Position numbers and translations under genes: made by a program
Shown here: piece after piece, positions 27,876 to 39,990 of the stretch
Position numbering within the stretch: the first letter of the stretch is position 1
Layout: each line of letters starts with the position of its first letter
Source of the DNA: Amoebidium appalachense
Lineage: Eukaryota; Protista; Ichthyosporea
Direction of reading: 5' to 3'
Assembly: GCA_963693365.1 (NCBI GenBank)
Contig: CAVNZM010000003.1
Coordinates: 13,610,914-13,674,913 of the forward strand
Length of the DNA stretch: 64,000 nucleotides
The notes under the pieces: generated by a model
The model's input: only the letters and a program-made list of their open reading frames with translations
What the model was told of the DNA's origin: nothing
Database searches by the model: none

Positions 27876-29624
27876 TCAGTCACGGAGACTGAGGTTGGCA
27901 CGGTGTCTGTCGTGGGCCGGACCAGCCAGAGGCTTGGTGAAGATGTCGGCCAGGTTCTTCTTGGTGTCGATGTAGGTGACAGTGACGTCCCCACTGTTGA
28001 TGTAGTCCTTGGTGTTGAAGTAACGAACGGCAATGTGCTTGGTCCGGTGCTTGATGGTGTTGGAGTGGACCAGAGCAATGGTGGACTGATTGTCACAGTA
28101 CACGGGGGTGGGCTCGGTCATGGGGTAGCCCAGCTCCTTTAGTAGATCACGGTGCCATACAACATCTTGCACGGCAGCATTGAGGGCCAGGAGCTCGGCC
28201 TCACAGGTGGAAGTTGCAGTGATCGTCTGCAGCTTGGAGTGGTAGGTGACGGGGGTGCCTTCGAGGAGGATGACGTACCCAGACGTGGAACGACGGGTGG
28301 TGGGGCAACCAGCAAAGTCAGAATCCGAGTAGCACTCAAGGATGGGCACCTTGCTGTTGGGGGCCTTCTTCTTGTAGTAGAGGCCGAGGTTGATGGTGCC
28401 GAGCAGGTAACGAACGACACGGAGGAGAAGCTCCCAGGCAGTCTTGGTGGGCTTGGAGCTGAATCGGCCGAGGTAGCCAATGGCATACGAGATGTCAGGC
28501 CGGGAGCACCGAGCAACCCACAGCAGACGGCCGAGGAGTTCACGGTAGGGGACGGTGGTGGGCAGGGATGAGAGGGAGGCCTCGTTGATGATGGTGCCCA
28601 CGGGAATAGGGGTGGCCTTAGGCTTGGCATCGACCAGGTTGAAGTCGGTGATGATGTCCTTGATGTAGGAGGACTGCAGCAGCTTGAGGGAGTCACGGGT
28701 GTACAGCAGTTGGGTGCCGAGGAAGATGTCTGGCAGACCGACCTTGCACTCGGCAGACTTCGTGATGTGACGAACAAGCCCCTGCATGATGGTGGAGTGC
28801 CGTGTGCAGGTGATGATGGCATCATCAACGTAGTTGCCCGAACGGATGATGTGCCCGTTGGGGAACTGACGGAAGTAGACACACGGATCGGAACGGAGAC
28901 GGGTGAGGCCGTGGGCAATGAGAATGGAGTTGAAGAACTCGTACCATGCCAGGGATGCCTGCTTGAGTCCGTAGATGGCCTTCTTGAGTTTCCAGACTTT
29001 GTGTTCATTGCCAGGGAGGATAAAACCAGGAGGTTGCTCCATGTACAAAGTCTCGTCGAGGGGGCTGTTGAGGAAGGCCGTGCTGATGTCGAGTTGATGG
29101 ATCTCGTGGTCCTGTTGCACACCGAGGGCAAGCAGGGCACGGACGGAGGAGGACATGACGACGGGGGAAGAGTTTTCACCGTAGTCAACACCGTAGACTT
29201 GGGTGAAACCCTTGGCCACACCACGACGCTTGATCTTGGTGTCACCAGCAGAGTTGAGGACCTTCTCCGTGACAATCCACTTGAATCGGATGATGTTGGC
29301 ATCGGAGGGGGGCTCAACTACGTCGAAGATGTCCTTGTCGATGAAAGCCTTGTACTCGGCAGTGAGGGCAGTCACCACTTCATCACCCTTGGTGCCGGAG
29401 CACAGCTTCTGAATTGACCGGGGCAGCTGAGACACATCAAGGCTGGGTCGGGAGATGCTCACCATAGCCATGGCAGGCCGGGAGGAGAGACGGGAGGAAC
29501 GACGGGGGACGGTACGGACGGGCTCAGGGGCCGGGGGGGTGTCTGGGACAGACACTCGGTGGTCGGGGATGGGGGCCTGGAAGCCAGGGATGGGTGCCGT
29601 GTTGAGGGGGGAGTCGGATAACAC
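27876..29624 (-). CDS. pol: Copia RT-RNase H part of pol
   Basis: KRRGVAKGFTQVYGVDY, HQLDISTAFLN, LYMEQPPGF, AIYGLKQAS, YVDD, YSDSDFAG, RTKHIAVRY. Confidence 0.93.
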   Translation of the reverse strand: MLSDSPLNTAPIPGFQAPIPDHRVSVPDTPPAPEPVRTVPRRSSRLSSRPAMAMVSISRPSLDVSQLPRSIQKLCSGTKGDEVVTALTAEYKAFIDKDIFDVVEPPSDANIIRFKWIVTEKVLNSAGDTKIKRRGVAKGFTQVYGVDYGENSSPVVMSSSVRALLALGVQQDHEIHQLDISTAFLNSPLDETLYMEQPPGFILPGNEHKVWKLKKAIYGLKQASLAWYEFFNSILIAHGLTRLRSDPCVYFRQFPNGHIIRSGNYVDDAIITCTRHSTIMQGLVRHITKSAECKVGLPDIFLGTQLLYTRDSLKLLQSSYIKDIITDFNLVDAKPKATPIPVGTIINEASLSSLPTTVPYRELLGRLLWVARCSRPDISYAIGYLGRFSSKPTKTAWELLLRVVRYLLGTINLGLYYKKKAPNSKVPILECYSDSDFAGCPTTRRSTSGYVILLEGTPVTYHSKLQTITATSTCEAELLALNAAVQDVVWHRDLLKELGYPMTEPTPVYCDNQSTIALVHSNTIKHRTKHIAVRYFNTKDYINSGDVTVTYIDTKKNLADIFTKPLAGPAHDRHRANLSLRD

Positions 29625-30021
29625 GGGGCTGGACGGGGCCGAGTGGAACTCCGGAGACCCAGGACGAACCGGGGTGAGATGACCAGGTACGTGGTCATTG
29701 ACGGCAGGGGCCGGCAGCAGGGGTTGCTGGCCGGTGGGGGGGGGGGGGTGGGTGGAGCCACGGGGGCAGGTACACGACGGGGGGAATGACGGATAATCAC
29801 CGACGGAATTTCATCGTCATCGGAATTGGAATTTCCGGAATGCAGGGATGGATCGGTTGAGGTCGTCTGATTGGTGGCCTGCACAGAAATCTGATTGGAT
29901 GCCGTGGTGAATTGTGATTCGTCGAAGACGACATCGCGGTAGAGGTTGACCGTGTTGCCACGTAGATTCATGATCTTGTGGGCTTTGTTGGTGATATCCC
30001 AGCCCACGTAGGTGCCGAGTT
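29459..30021 (-). pseudogene. pol: Copia integrase C-terminus and linker, separated from the upstream ORF by the SINE and frameshifted near 29740
   Basis: LGTYVGWD...YRDVVFDE (GKGY-region equivalent). Confidence 0.85.
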
Positions 30022-30602
30022 GGGGGGCGGGTTGGTGCAATGGTAAGATCTCTGCGTGTCAAGCTCAAAGTCGCAGGATCGATCCTGGTTACTTCCGATT
30101 TTTTCTGCCTCGACGGTCCACCGGTCTGGCCGCCCCCTAGAAGCCATCACCCCAGACCACGTCAAAGCAGCACCACCAATTTGTTATCACCCGGCCGTAA
30201 GACATGACGTCATGAACAGCACCGGCCCTCTGACGTCGACGGCGCGCCGCTTGGGCATCCCGGCCCAACGTTCAAGTGGGAGACCAATCCGAGTCACCGG
30301 CCACGGTTCGGGTCAGCGTCCTGGGCATGGGGTCTTCCCCCTTTCAAGTCTTTATGTTTGTGTATGTGTCCCGGGTCGCTCCCGGCTGGTGTTGTTAAAG
30401 TGAGCTGTGCTCACTTCCCCACTAGCGTTGCTGCGGCTAGAACCGTGGGATAAGGCGTAACTAAAAATAGTGCCAGTTGGGGTCAAATTAGAATCCTGAC
30501 TTATGAGTGTGCTATACAGTACGATCTGTGTCTGGGCGGAAGACGGTAAGCTCCCCTGAGGCAGTGCCTCGCCGGGAGTGAAACGGGATAAAATAAAAAA
30601 AA
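30022..30602 (+). mobile_element. tRNA-derived SINE (approx. 580 bp)
   Basis: 5' head with A-box TGGTGCAATGG and B-box-like GGATCGATCC; A-rich tail ATAAAATAAAAAAAA; 13-bp TSD TAGGTGCCGAGTT (30009-30021 and 30603-30615). Confidence 0.85.
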
Positions 30603-32901
30603 TAGGTGCCGAGTTTGACGGTAGAGGCCAACTTGTCTCGTTTGGATGCAGGGACGTGTACATAGGCTGGGCAGCCGAACACGTGCAGGTGGGAGATGTC
30701 AGGCTTGACACCGTAGAAAATTTCAAACGGTGTACGGCCATTGGCAGCTCTGGCCGGGGTCACGTTGATGATGTAGGCAGCATGCTTGAGAGCAGCTCCC
30801 CACAGCTTGGGGGAAAGGGAGTCGGCCTTGTCCTGATGAAGGAAGCACCGAACGATCTCCTGCAGATCCCTCATCTTACGTTCAACGAAGCCGTTGAGTT
30901 GGGGGCAGTCAACCGGGGCAAATTCCTGAATGATGCCCTTGGACTGGCAGTACTGCTCCATAGCATGGGAGGTGAACTCGGACCCAGAGTCTGAACGGAA
31001 GTGGGTCACCACCTTGTCGGGTTGCTTGTCAGTAGTCTCAACCAGGGCCTTGACGTATTCGAGAGTTTCGGATCGATCACGGAGGAGGTACACGATGGTG
31101 TAGCCGGAGGCATCACAGGTACACACGAGGGCCACCTTGTAGCCACCATAGGAGGCACAGGGAGGCTCGAAGAAGCCCATGTGCCACTTGGCACCGGGGA
31201 AGGGGCACTGGGTTCTGGTGCCGGAGAATGGGGCCTTGGTGGTCTTGCCGGAGACACAACCGAAGCAGTCAGTGGTGTCAGCCACTGAGAGGGATGAGGG
31301 GAGGCCTGTCACGAGGTCACCTCTCACCATCTTGGTGAGGGTGGACAGGGCACGATGGCCGAGACGGTGGTGCCAGAGCTGAGGATCATTGTTGACCTTG
31401 ACGTTGGCTACCAGAGCAGTGACGGTCCGAGGGATGGAGGGACGTATCTCATAGTCAGTGATGAAGTACAGTCCATCTGTGCCTGTGAGGGAACACACGA
31501 TGTTGCCACCACGAGTGTAGAGGTATGATGGGAATGCATCCTCATCATCGAGGTGGGCAAGGAGACCCGACTTGGAGGCCATTGAGGGTGAAATCAGGAA
31601 GGCTGGGGAGTCGGGTACGTAGAGGGTGTTGAGGCTCAGTACTGATGTTACTCCGTTGTAGGTGACGGCCAGGTTGATGACACCACGGTGATGTGCAGTG
31701 ACGATGCCGAGGCCGTGGACGTCAGTTGGGGGGCATGGCTCAAGAGTAGAGAAGTACTCCTTTACTGGGCACACGTGGACGTTTGAAGCCGAGTCCCAGC
31801 AGGGGTCCATGGGTAGGGAGGCCGTGGTGGACACGAGGGCAAAATGCACCTCTTTTCCAGACTTGGTGCTGGCACGGTGACGACGGGCAATTGAGCAGCC
31901 AGGTTTGTCACACTGTGTGACATGATGGTCTTCGTGACAGTAGGCACAGTCGAGGGAGCCAGTAGTCTTGGCTCGGGGTGGCTGTGAATGACGGTTACCC
32001 CCTTTACGTGGGGGGTAGGGTGACCGGGAACGATAGCCGGGGGAACGGGACCGGGAGTAATCACGGTCAATTGAGGGGGATCGATCGGTGGGACGACCAT
32101 GGGGGTGACGGGAGACGGAGCTGTCACGTCGGGGGATCCGGTGTCTGAGGTCGTCCTTGGTGAGGACACGGCTTTGCAGGGCACGTGCTGTTCGGACGGT
32201 GGAGGAGGACCCGGACACAGAGTCGATGAGACCTTCACGGATCTCTGCAGCTCGGATGTCACTGATTAGACGGTTGTAGGTCTCGTAGTTGATGGTACGA
32301 CGGAAGTAGTCGGCAATCATGGCCTGGATGTCGGTACAAACTAACTTACGGTTCTTCTTGAGGTGGATGAAGAAGTTATCAACCATAGTCTTGTGAGGAA
32401 TGGGCTCTTCGAGGATGTGCAGGGTAGTGCACAGACGGCGTGCCATGGTGAGGTAGGCCGTGACGGTCTTGAAGTCCTGAGTTCAAGCTCATGGTAGTCG
32501 AGGAGGATTTGACGAGCACGATCTTCACGTTCAGCCGCATAGGTCATACGGAGGTTGTGGAAAGCTTGGGCAGGTGACACATCATCGTGGATTTGACCAG
32601 AGTTATACAGCTCATCATTGGAGACGAGTTGAGTAAACATCTGTTCAAGGAATTTGGAAGCCTCGGTGTAGGCCTCCTCAGTGTCATAGCCGTGCCACTC
32701 GTTCTCGTCGGAAGGGTCGACCCACTCGGGGGCCTTGATGACGGGCACTAACTTGGCCGCGGTGGTAGTACGTAGGTACCGGAAGATGACGGGTTCCCAC
32801 TCATAATAGGTGAGACGTTTGCCGGACTTCTTGTCCGTGGTGTCATCCCCTTTCCAGGGGGTGAGGTTGAGATACGCAGGTTTCTCCGACATGGTGATCA
32901 A
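30603..32901 (-). pseudogene. gag-pol: Copia gag-protease-integrase, frameshifted near 32475
   Basis: CAYCHEDHHVTQC knuckle, WDSASNVHV protease, LWHHRLGH...CFGC zinc domain, FRSDSGSEF and PQLNGFVERK. Confidence 0.9.
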
Positions 32902-33010
32902 TCAGTCAGATGATGCGCGAGAGAGGAATCAGATCGGTATTCAAATTTGAATATTTTCGACTGCAGCGAGAGTATGTGTTGCGAGAGCGTGCGAAAATGG
33001 GCCTTTAACC

Positions 33011-33759
33011 TGTTGTTTTGTACGGGTCTAAGGGAGCAGAGTGCACAGAGGTGTCATGTAAAACACGACTAACACATTAATGAGAGGGCAATCGGAGTTG
33101 TTCACGAGACATTGAAAGATTTCAAACAACAACTGATTCTTTATTGTGCTCTCGGTTCCTTTTGTACTTGCGACTTATCACCTTATCACAACTAAAGAGG
33201 GAGAACCAATCGGTTCTATCAGAAGATAGAAAACCACATTCCGACAGAGCATACGCATTCCAACTTCCGATTAAACTAAAGTTTAGAAACTCTTACTTAA
33301 ATAAATTAAGTAATTATACATCTAGTTACTATTAACTCACATATATATTTATGTTCGTCTCTATAAAGAAACTTATTTAAATACATATATTTCCTAATAG
33401 TCGACACTCTCAAAGTGAAGACACTTTGCAATAAACCGAATTCCATATATATCTATTGTCCAATCACAACACACATATATTAACAGACAGGAATGCACAA
33501 CACAATCTACAGATGTACTCGCTCGCGACTATTGGCGAGCCATCCTTTTGAGAACAAAACTAAGCCATTTTGAAATAAAGGAAAGACAACGAGTGAGGCT
33601 AGCCAATCACGCTACCTCTCAGATAAACAGAGGAGAGCAAACAGAAATAAAATACAATAAGTTCTTATCAGGCAAGAGAGCCAGGTGTGCACAGATCTAC
33701 AGATATCTGTGCCCACAGAAACAAGGGAGAGAGAGATACGGGGGGGGGGGGGGGGGGGG

Positions 33760-33795
<36 letters not shown>

Positions 33796-33887
33796 ACAAA
33801 GAAGGAAAGCAGACACAAATACAAACAAGCTAAGACACATACATACTTCAAGGCTCTTGCTGTCATACATGGTGACGTATTCCAACA
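33011..33887 (-). repeat. Copia 5' LTR
   Basis: Direct repeat of 26249-27157. Confidence 0.95.
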
Positions 33888-34039
33888 TCTTACGACAGTA
33901 ATATGGATGGTATTGTTACAGTCTTGGGGATGGCCCATGGATATACATAAGGCGTCTTATGGACTATGTTTGGACATCTTTATTACACCGTAGACATGTG
34001 AACCACCGAAAGGTGGATATTACAAGATGGATACATTTG

Positions 34040-35910
34040 CACGGTTAATAACGTGCAGGGGATTGATGGGGGCCCAACCAAATTTTGCATTAGGCAGTGT
34101 CTCTGTGTGGGTGATGTAACAAAACCGGTCGGACTGTCCCCCCATTTCTGTGGGAAAAGTTATTGACCGTTGTACGTCCATATTATGCAAAATGCGCTGT
34201 AATACATAGGGAAAGGGGGGGGGATTCAACGGTTAATAACGTGCAGGGGATTGTTGGGAGCACAACCAAACTTTGCATTAGGCAGTTTCTCTGTGTGGGG
34301 GGTCTAACAAAACCGGTCGGAATGGGGGGATATCACCACTTTCCACAAAGCAGGGCCATGCCCTGGGGCATCTTTTGCACCCGTTCCCGTTGGTTTTGAA
34401 CAAAAGGGGCCTGTGATATGACAATGTTTACGTGAATTAGGGATAATGTAAAAGACTTAACAAGGGGGAAAGGGGGGTCCACCCGACCATTAATAGGTGT
34501 GTGGGGAAAGATGGGGGGACAACACCACTTTACTTTACACAAAGCAGGGCCATGCCGTGGGGTATCTTTTGCACCCTTATCCGTCCGTTTTGAACAAAAT
34601 GGGCCCGTGATATACCAAGATTTACGTGAAAAAGGGTATGTTTGCGATGATCATGTGGCACCAAAAACAGAGGGTAGGTGTGTGAAGGGGGTGTGGGGCA
34701 AGCATAAAATGCACGTTACAGGTTGTGGGGGAGGTGTGGGGTGCCGAATATTGGGGCAGGAACACTCACACATGTCGGGGAAGCCTGTTTAGATAGCCGA
34801 AAATGTCGATTTTTGCCCACTATATATATATAGTGGGGTGGAGGGGGTCCACCCGACTGTTAATAAGTTATTGGGGAATGATGGGGGGACAACACCACTT
34901 TGCACAAAGCAGAGCCATGCCGTGAGGCATCTTTTGCACCCGTCCCCGTTGGTTTTGAACAAAAGGGGCCTGTGATATGACAATATTTACGTGAATTAGG
35001 GATAATGTAAAAGACTTAACAAGGGGGAAAGGGGGTTCCACCCGACCATTAATAGGTGTGTGGGGAAAGATGGGGGGACAACACCACTTTACACAAAGCA
35101 GGGCCATGCCGTGGGGTATCTTTTGCACCCTTATCCGTCCGTTTTGAACAAAATGGGCCCATGATATACCAAGATTTACGTGAAAAAGGGTATGTTTGCG
35201 ATGATCATGTGGCACCAAAAACAGAGGGTAGGTGTGTGAAGGGGGTGTGGGGCAAGCATAAAATGCACGTTTAGGGTTGTAGGGAAGGTGTGGGGTGCCG
35301 AATATTGGGGCAGGAACACTCACACACGTCGGGAAAGCCTGTTTAGATAGCCGAAAATGTCGATTTTTGCGTAAAATATATATATATAGTGGGGTGGAGG
35401 GGGTCCACCCGACTGTTAATAAGTTAGTGGGGAATGATGGGGGGACAACACAACTTTGCACAAAGCAGGGCCATGCCGTGGGGCATCTTTTGCACCCGTT
35501 CACGGCGGTTTTGAACAAAAGGGGCCTGTGATATGACAATATTTACGTGAATTAGGGATAATTGCGGTAAATGATAATAGAAGGGGGAAAGGGGCCCGAC
35601 TGTTAATAGGTGTGTGGGGATTTATGTGGGGACAACACCTCTTTGCACAAAGCAGAGCCATGCCGTGGGGCATCTTTTGCACCCGTTCCCGTTGGTTTTG
35701 CACAAACCGGGCACGAGATATACCAATGGTTACGAGAAAAAAGGAGTGTTTGCGAGGATCATGTGTGCACCAAAAACACTGGGTATGGGTGTGAAGGGGG
35801 TATGGGGCAAGCATAAAATGCACGTTATAGGTTGTGGGGGAGGTGGGGGGTGCCCATTATGGGGGCAGGAACATTCACACACGTCGGGGAAGACTGTTAA
35901 GATAGACGGA
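34040..35910 (+). repeat. Higher-order tandem repeat: an approx. 188-bp dimer, then approx. 3 units of approx. 555 bp
   Basis: ACGGTTAATAACGTGCAGGGGATTG at 34041 and 34229; CACAAAGCAG(G/A)GCCATGCC at approx. 34344, 34538, 34903, 35092, 35459 and 35647. Confidence 0.9.
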
Positions 35911-36135
35911 AATGTGTATATCCTTAGTCTTGTGTACGTCATATGGACGTCGGCGACTATAAAAATCACAAATCACATTAAGATGTTGTATACGGATGCA
36001 TAGAAGGGCTTCACGAGGTATAATGCATGAGAAATATATGATAGACTTGACGTCGTAACATACACTAGCATATGTTGAAAGAGGGAGCTATGCACATGCA
36101 TAAGGTGCTTTTGGTACGTTCGAATCCACTTGGCA

Positions 36136-36171
<36 letters not shown>

Positions 36172-36377
36172 TTATTTATTTGTTTATTATTTGTATACTG
36201 TTTTCTTTTTCTATTCATTTATTCTTCGGAATCCCCCCTCCCATTCTCATGCATACGTGTATGGTTGTGTGTTGGGTAGAATATTCCAGTCGGTAAGCAC
36301 ATGTTTCCTGTAGTACATTAGTACATTTCACGTTAGAACTAAACCATGTTTTCATTCCCAGGACACCCCTACCCCCC

Positions 36378-36378
36378 A

Positions 36379-36409
<31 letters not shown>

Positions 36410-36438
36410 AAACTATTGTACTTATACATTATAAAAAC

Positions 36439-36515
<77 letters not shown>
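36378..36515. repeat. (TA)n microsatellites
   Basis: Direct inspection. Confidence 0.9.
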
Positions 36516-36520
<5 letters not shown>

Positions 36521-38021
36521 AAACTACTAGACTTATACATTATAAAAAGTGTATTTATTATTGCAGAATTCGCCGTTTCTTATTAGTTTACAGACGTCGG
36601 AAACCTCATATTAAGATGCTCAGAATCGCCTTCACAGTATGCTTTGTTTTCGACGTCGACGATACCCATCATGTTAGCCTACACAGTATACATACGTAGA
36701 ATAGGATTACGACGTCCATAGCACATCTATAGCATTGGAATAGGTGCTACATTTGGTTAATGGACGGTGTAAACGCATGCACAGCATGTCCATAGGATGA
36801 CGTTGGCATATACACATGAGGGTCGAGAAATCAGTGGACCTCTTTATTACCCTGTAATATGCTTGTCGACGTCGACGATGGGTTTTCAGCTTTTCCATCC
36901 ATTAAAATCTCGAGGGTACCAAACACAGCCACTCAGGTATCGTAAACTACTCCGAACCCGTCGTCGACGTCGTAGAGGGGTTTCCGATGGGGGGGGAAGA
37001 TTGCTGATGTACGATAGCTCATTTTTACGGACGGATGGTCACAGCAGTCCACGGATAACTACGGATACACGAGGATGCATTTGCTTACTTCTTCGGACGT
37101 CGCCCCGCAATGAGGCCATTTTTTTGCAACAGCCATATCATTTTTCATATTGTAGCACACACAACTCGGTTTTCACACCAGCCCATTTCTCATGAGCGCA
37201 TCATCTTTTCCCATTTTCCACACTCGACCACAGTGATCGGCAAGTTTTGGTCCTGATACTTTGTGCGTATAAGCAAAGCACGAGAAACGCCACCCCCGTG
37301 TGCTGCTAATCCTGCATAATGGGTGCCGGCCAGACACTAAGCCCAGCACACGTTTGCCAGAGGGTGTGAGTCTCGGACTTTGCTTGTGCCCACACGGTGG
37401 TTAAGATCACTACCTGACGATCACTAGAGTCGTGTGTTTTCCTTCTGTCTGAACAGCCGTCGTTTGAAAAAACTACGTGTATATACCCAATCACGATATA
37501 TTTCAACATGTACATCCGGAAGATCTATGTCTGCTTCTCGCTCTTGCTCGCCTCTGCTTACATGTTTTGCTTTTATGTTTTGTACCCACGCACGTGAGGT
37601 CATCCTCAGAGGCACTGCAGCCCGCCCACGTGTGGTTAGGGGATGGCTTGGAGGTTTGCCTGTCCCTGGCATATACACTGTCACGGTGACGCCCCCCCCC
37701 CCCCCCCTACCCCTAGTATGCATCCACATGCTTATATGTTTGCACCCACGTACTAGCCTTATCCATGCGTGAGGACACACACTATCCTTCTCTTGTGCGC
37801 TTAACATGTGACGTAGATATACATCGAGTCACGCCAGACACGGAAGCCCCCCAGATCAATAAACATCACGATGTAAATGGGGCTTCCGGGACCTGGCGTC
37901 CGGAGTCTTTTCCTTGTCCAAAACATAGTTCTTGTCAACGAAAGCTGTGACCATCCGTCCCCCATCCGACTTTCATCCGTGTTCAAATTCATATTCCCAT
38001 CACATTTCGATGTCGCATTCA

Positions 38022-38158
38022 GGTTTTATTTGTGGAATTTATTGACATAAATATTTTTTCTGGGTAAACACGTAGGATGGGTGTTCGGTATCAACATAAC
38101 CATGTAGGCTTCATTTCGTGTTTTAGCAGTTCGCGGTTGGCTGCCCGCACACGGGCAC
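38022..38158 (+). mobile_element. Diverged 5' part of a Ngaro A repeat
   Basis: GGTTTTATTTGTGGAATTTATTGACATAAATATTTTTTCTGGGTAAACACGTAGGATGGGTG...GGCTGCCCGCACACGGGCAC aligns to 1236-1361. Confidence 0.8.
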
Positions 38159-38500
38159 ACAACATATGGGGGCGCGGCACCCCGTGAATGGTGACGTCAC
38201 AAGTGACGTCACATTCACGCGGTCCCGCAACCCCCAAAGATATGGGATATGTGAATATGAGATATGTGATATATCTATGTACACATATCGCGATATGGGA
38301 TATGTGATATGGGTGGATATATGTACAGGAGCACGTGCACACACTGTGTGTGTGTAAAACACGTGCAGAGCACGTGGTTTTAATCAAATGATTAAACAAT
38401 TAAAGAGAGAGAGGGCGGAACACGTGTACGCTTACGTGTACGCGTACATGTGGTGCGTACATGTACACAAGTGCGGATCAAAGGAATGCGAAGGTTTGCG

Positions 38501-38712
38501 CAAGGCGTCCAATGGGAATTCGAATTCTGAATTCCATGTACAAGGCGTCCAATAGTATTACGGATGCGCAGGGCGGCCAATGATAATTCGGCTCAAAAAA
38601 GCCAATTGCCGCACAAGGCGTCCAATGAGCATTAAGGACAGCACATTCCATCCCCAAGGCGTCCAATGAGCGCCCGGATCGGTCAATCTGGGTCTCTTAT
38701 TGGACGCCTTGG
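38501..38712. promoter_or_regulatory. Cluster of CAAGGCGTCCAAT (CCAAT-box) motifs
   Basis: Four direct copies (approx. 38501, 38541, 38614, 38655) and one inverted copy (approx. 38699). Confidence 0.5.
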
Positions 38713-39194
38713 GAACAACAACAATAGCGTACACAGGCAGCCGCCGGCTGCAGCTGTACGCATGCACAGGATCACTATTTTGCGTTCTGTTTATTGATCT
38801 TTTTGCTGCCGGCGCTGCCAGGCGATTGGATTGTGACTAAGTTCTAGGATTACTGTTCAGGATGTTTAGCAAAAGTCAGGAAGAGTTTGAAGATGACCTG
38901 TTGCGGGCACTGGATGCCGACCCGCAGCAGGTCCTGCAAGCCCACCCGTTTCTGCAGGCCATGTTGGCCCCACCGCCCCCACCCCCACCCCTCACACACA
39001 CATGCACACACACACAAAGACATACAAAGACACATGCACACAAAGACACACAAAGACACATGCACACACATGCACACACACACACACACACATGCACACA
39101 TGCACACATGCGTGACACGCACACACATGCACACATGCACACACACACACACACACACACATGCACACACACACAAAGACACACAAAGACACAT

Positions 39195-39227
<33 letters not shown>

Positions 39228-39343
39228 CACACACACACAGACACACACACACACACGTGCACGCATGCATGCACACGTAGAAGGGTGTGGTAGGGTGACT
39301 GTTGGTTGCGTTTGGTTTTATATTTTTATTTTTGTTTTTTATT

Positions 39344-39679
39344 CTTTTTTCGTTAAAATCTTCATAGATTTTCGTTAGAGTCTTTTGGCACACACACACA
39401 TGCACACACATGCACACACATGCACACATGCACACACACACACACACGCACACGTGCAGGCACACGTGTGCAATGCACCATAGTAGTCTTCAACTTGTGC
39501 TCTGTTTTTTTCTTGGATCTTTCGTAAAAAAACAAGTAAAAAAGAAGAAAAAAAACGTGAAAATAAAGGGCACTTCCCATTATGTATCCAAAAATCACTA
39601 AGTTTTTTATTATTTTTTTTCGTTAAAATCTTCATAGATTTTTGTTAGAGTCTTTTGGCACACACACATGCACACACAT

Positions 39680-39713
<34 letters not shown>

Positions 39714-39875
39714 AGGCACACGTGTGCAATGCACCATAGTAGTCTTCAACTTGTGCTCTGTTTTTTTCTTGGATCTTTCGTAAAAAAACAAAAGTTTATT
39801 TTTGCCGTCGTTTTTCTTTGTAGAAGAGAGGAAAAAGACGTGAAAATAAAGGGCACTGCCCACTATGTATACACA
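39344..39875. repeat. Approx. 270-bp tandem duplication
   Basis: TTTTTTCGTTAAAATCTTCATAGATTTT..TTAGAGTCTTTTGGCACAC at approx. 39345 and approx. 39615. Confidence 0.85.
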
Positions 39876-39990
39876 AATCACAGTGTCTATGTTAATGAGG
39901 CCATGCTCAAAGGTACTTTACTACTTTGAAAAAACTTAAAAACGGTAAAGTTTAGGGCACTGCCCACCATCATCACCCCTATCCTGTGCA

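Larger units (their letters stand above)
26249..33887 (-). mobile_element. Full-length Ty1/copia LTR retrotransposon (inactivated)
   Basis: Near-identical TG...CA LTRs at 26249-27157 and 33011-33887. PBS-like GGTTAAAGGCCC next to the 5' LTR, PPT GAGTGGGGGA, and a 4/5-match TSD (TTTTA/TCTTA). Confidence 0.95.

Noticed and set aside
30022-30095. Functional tRNA gene
   Set aside because: The acceptor and anticodon stems pair poorly and the B-box is altered. It is the head of a TSD-flanked, A-tailed SINE.
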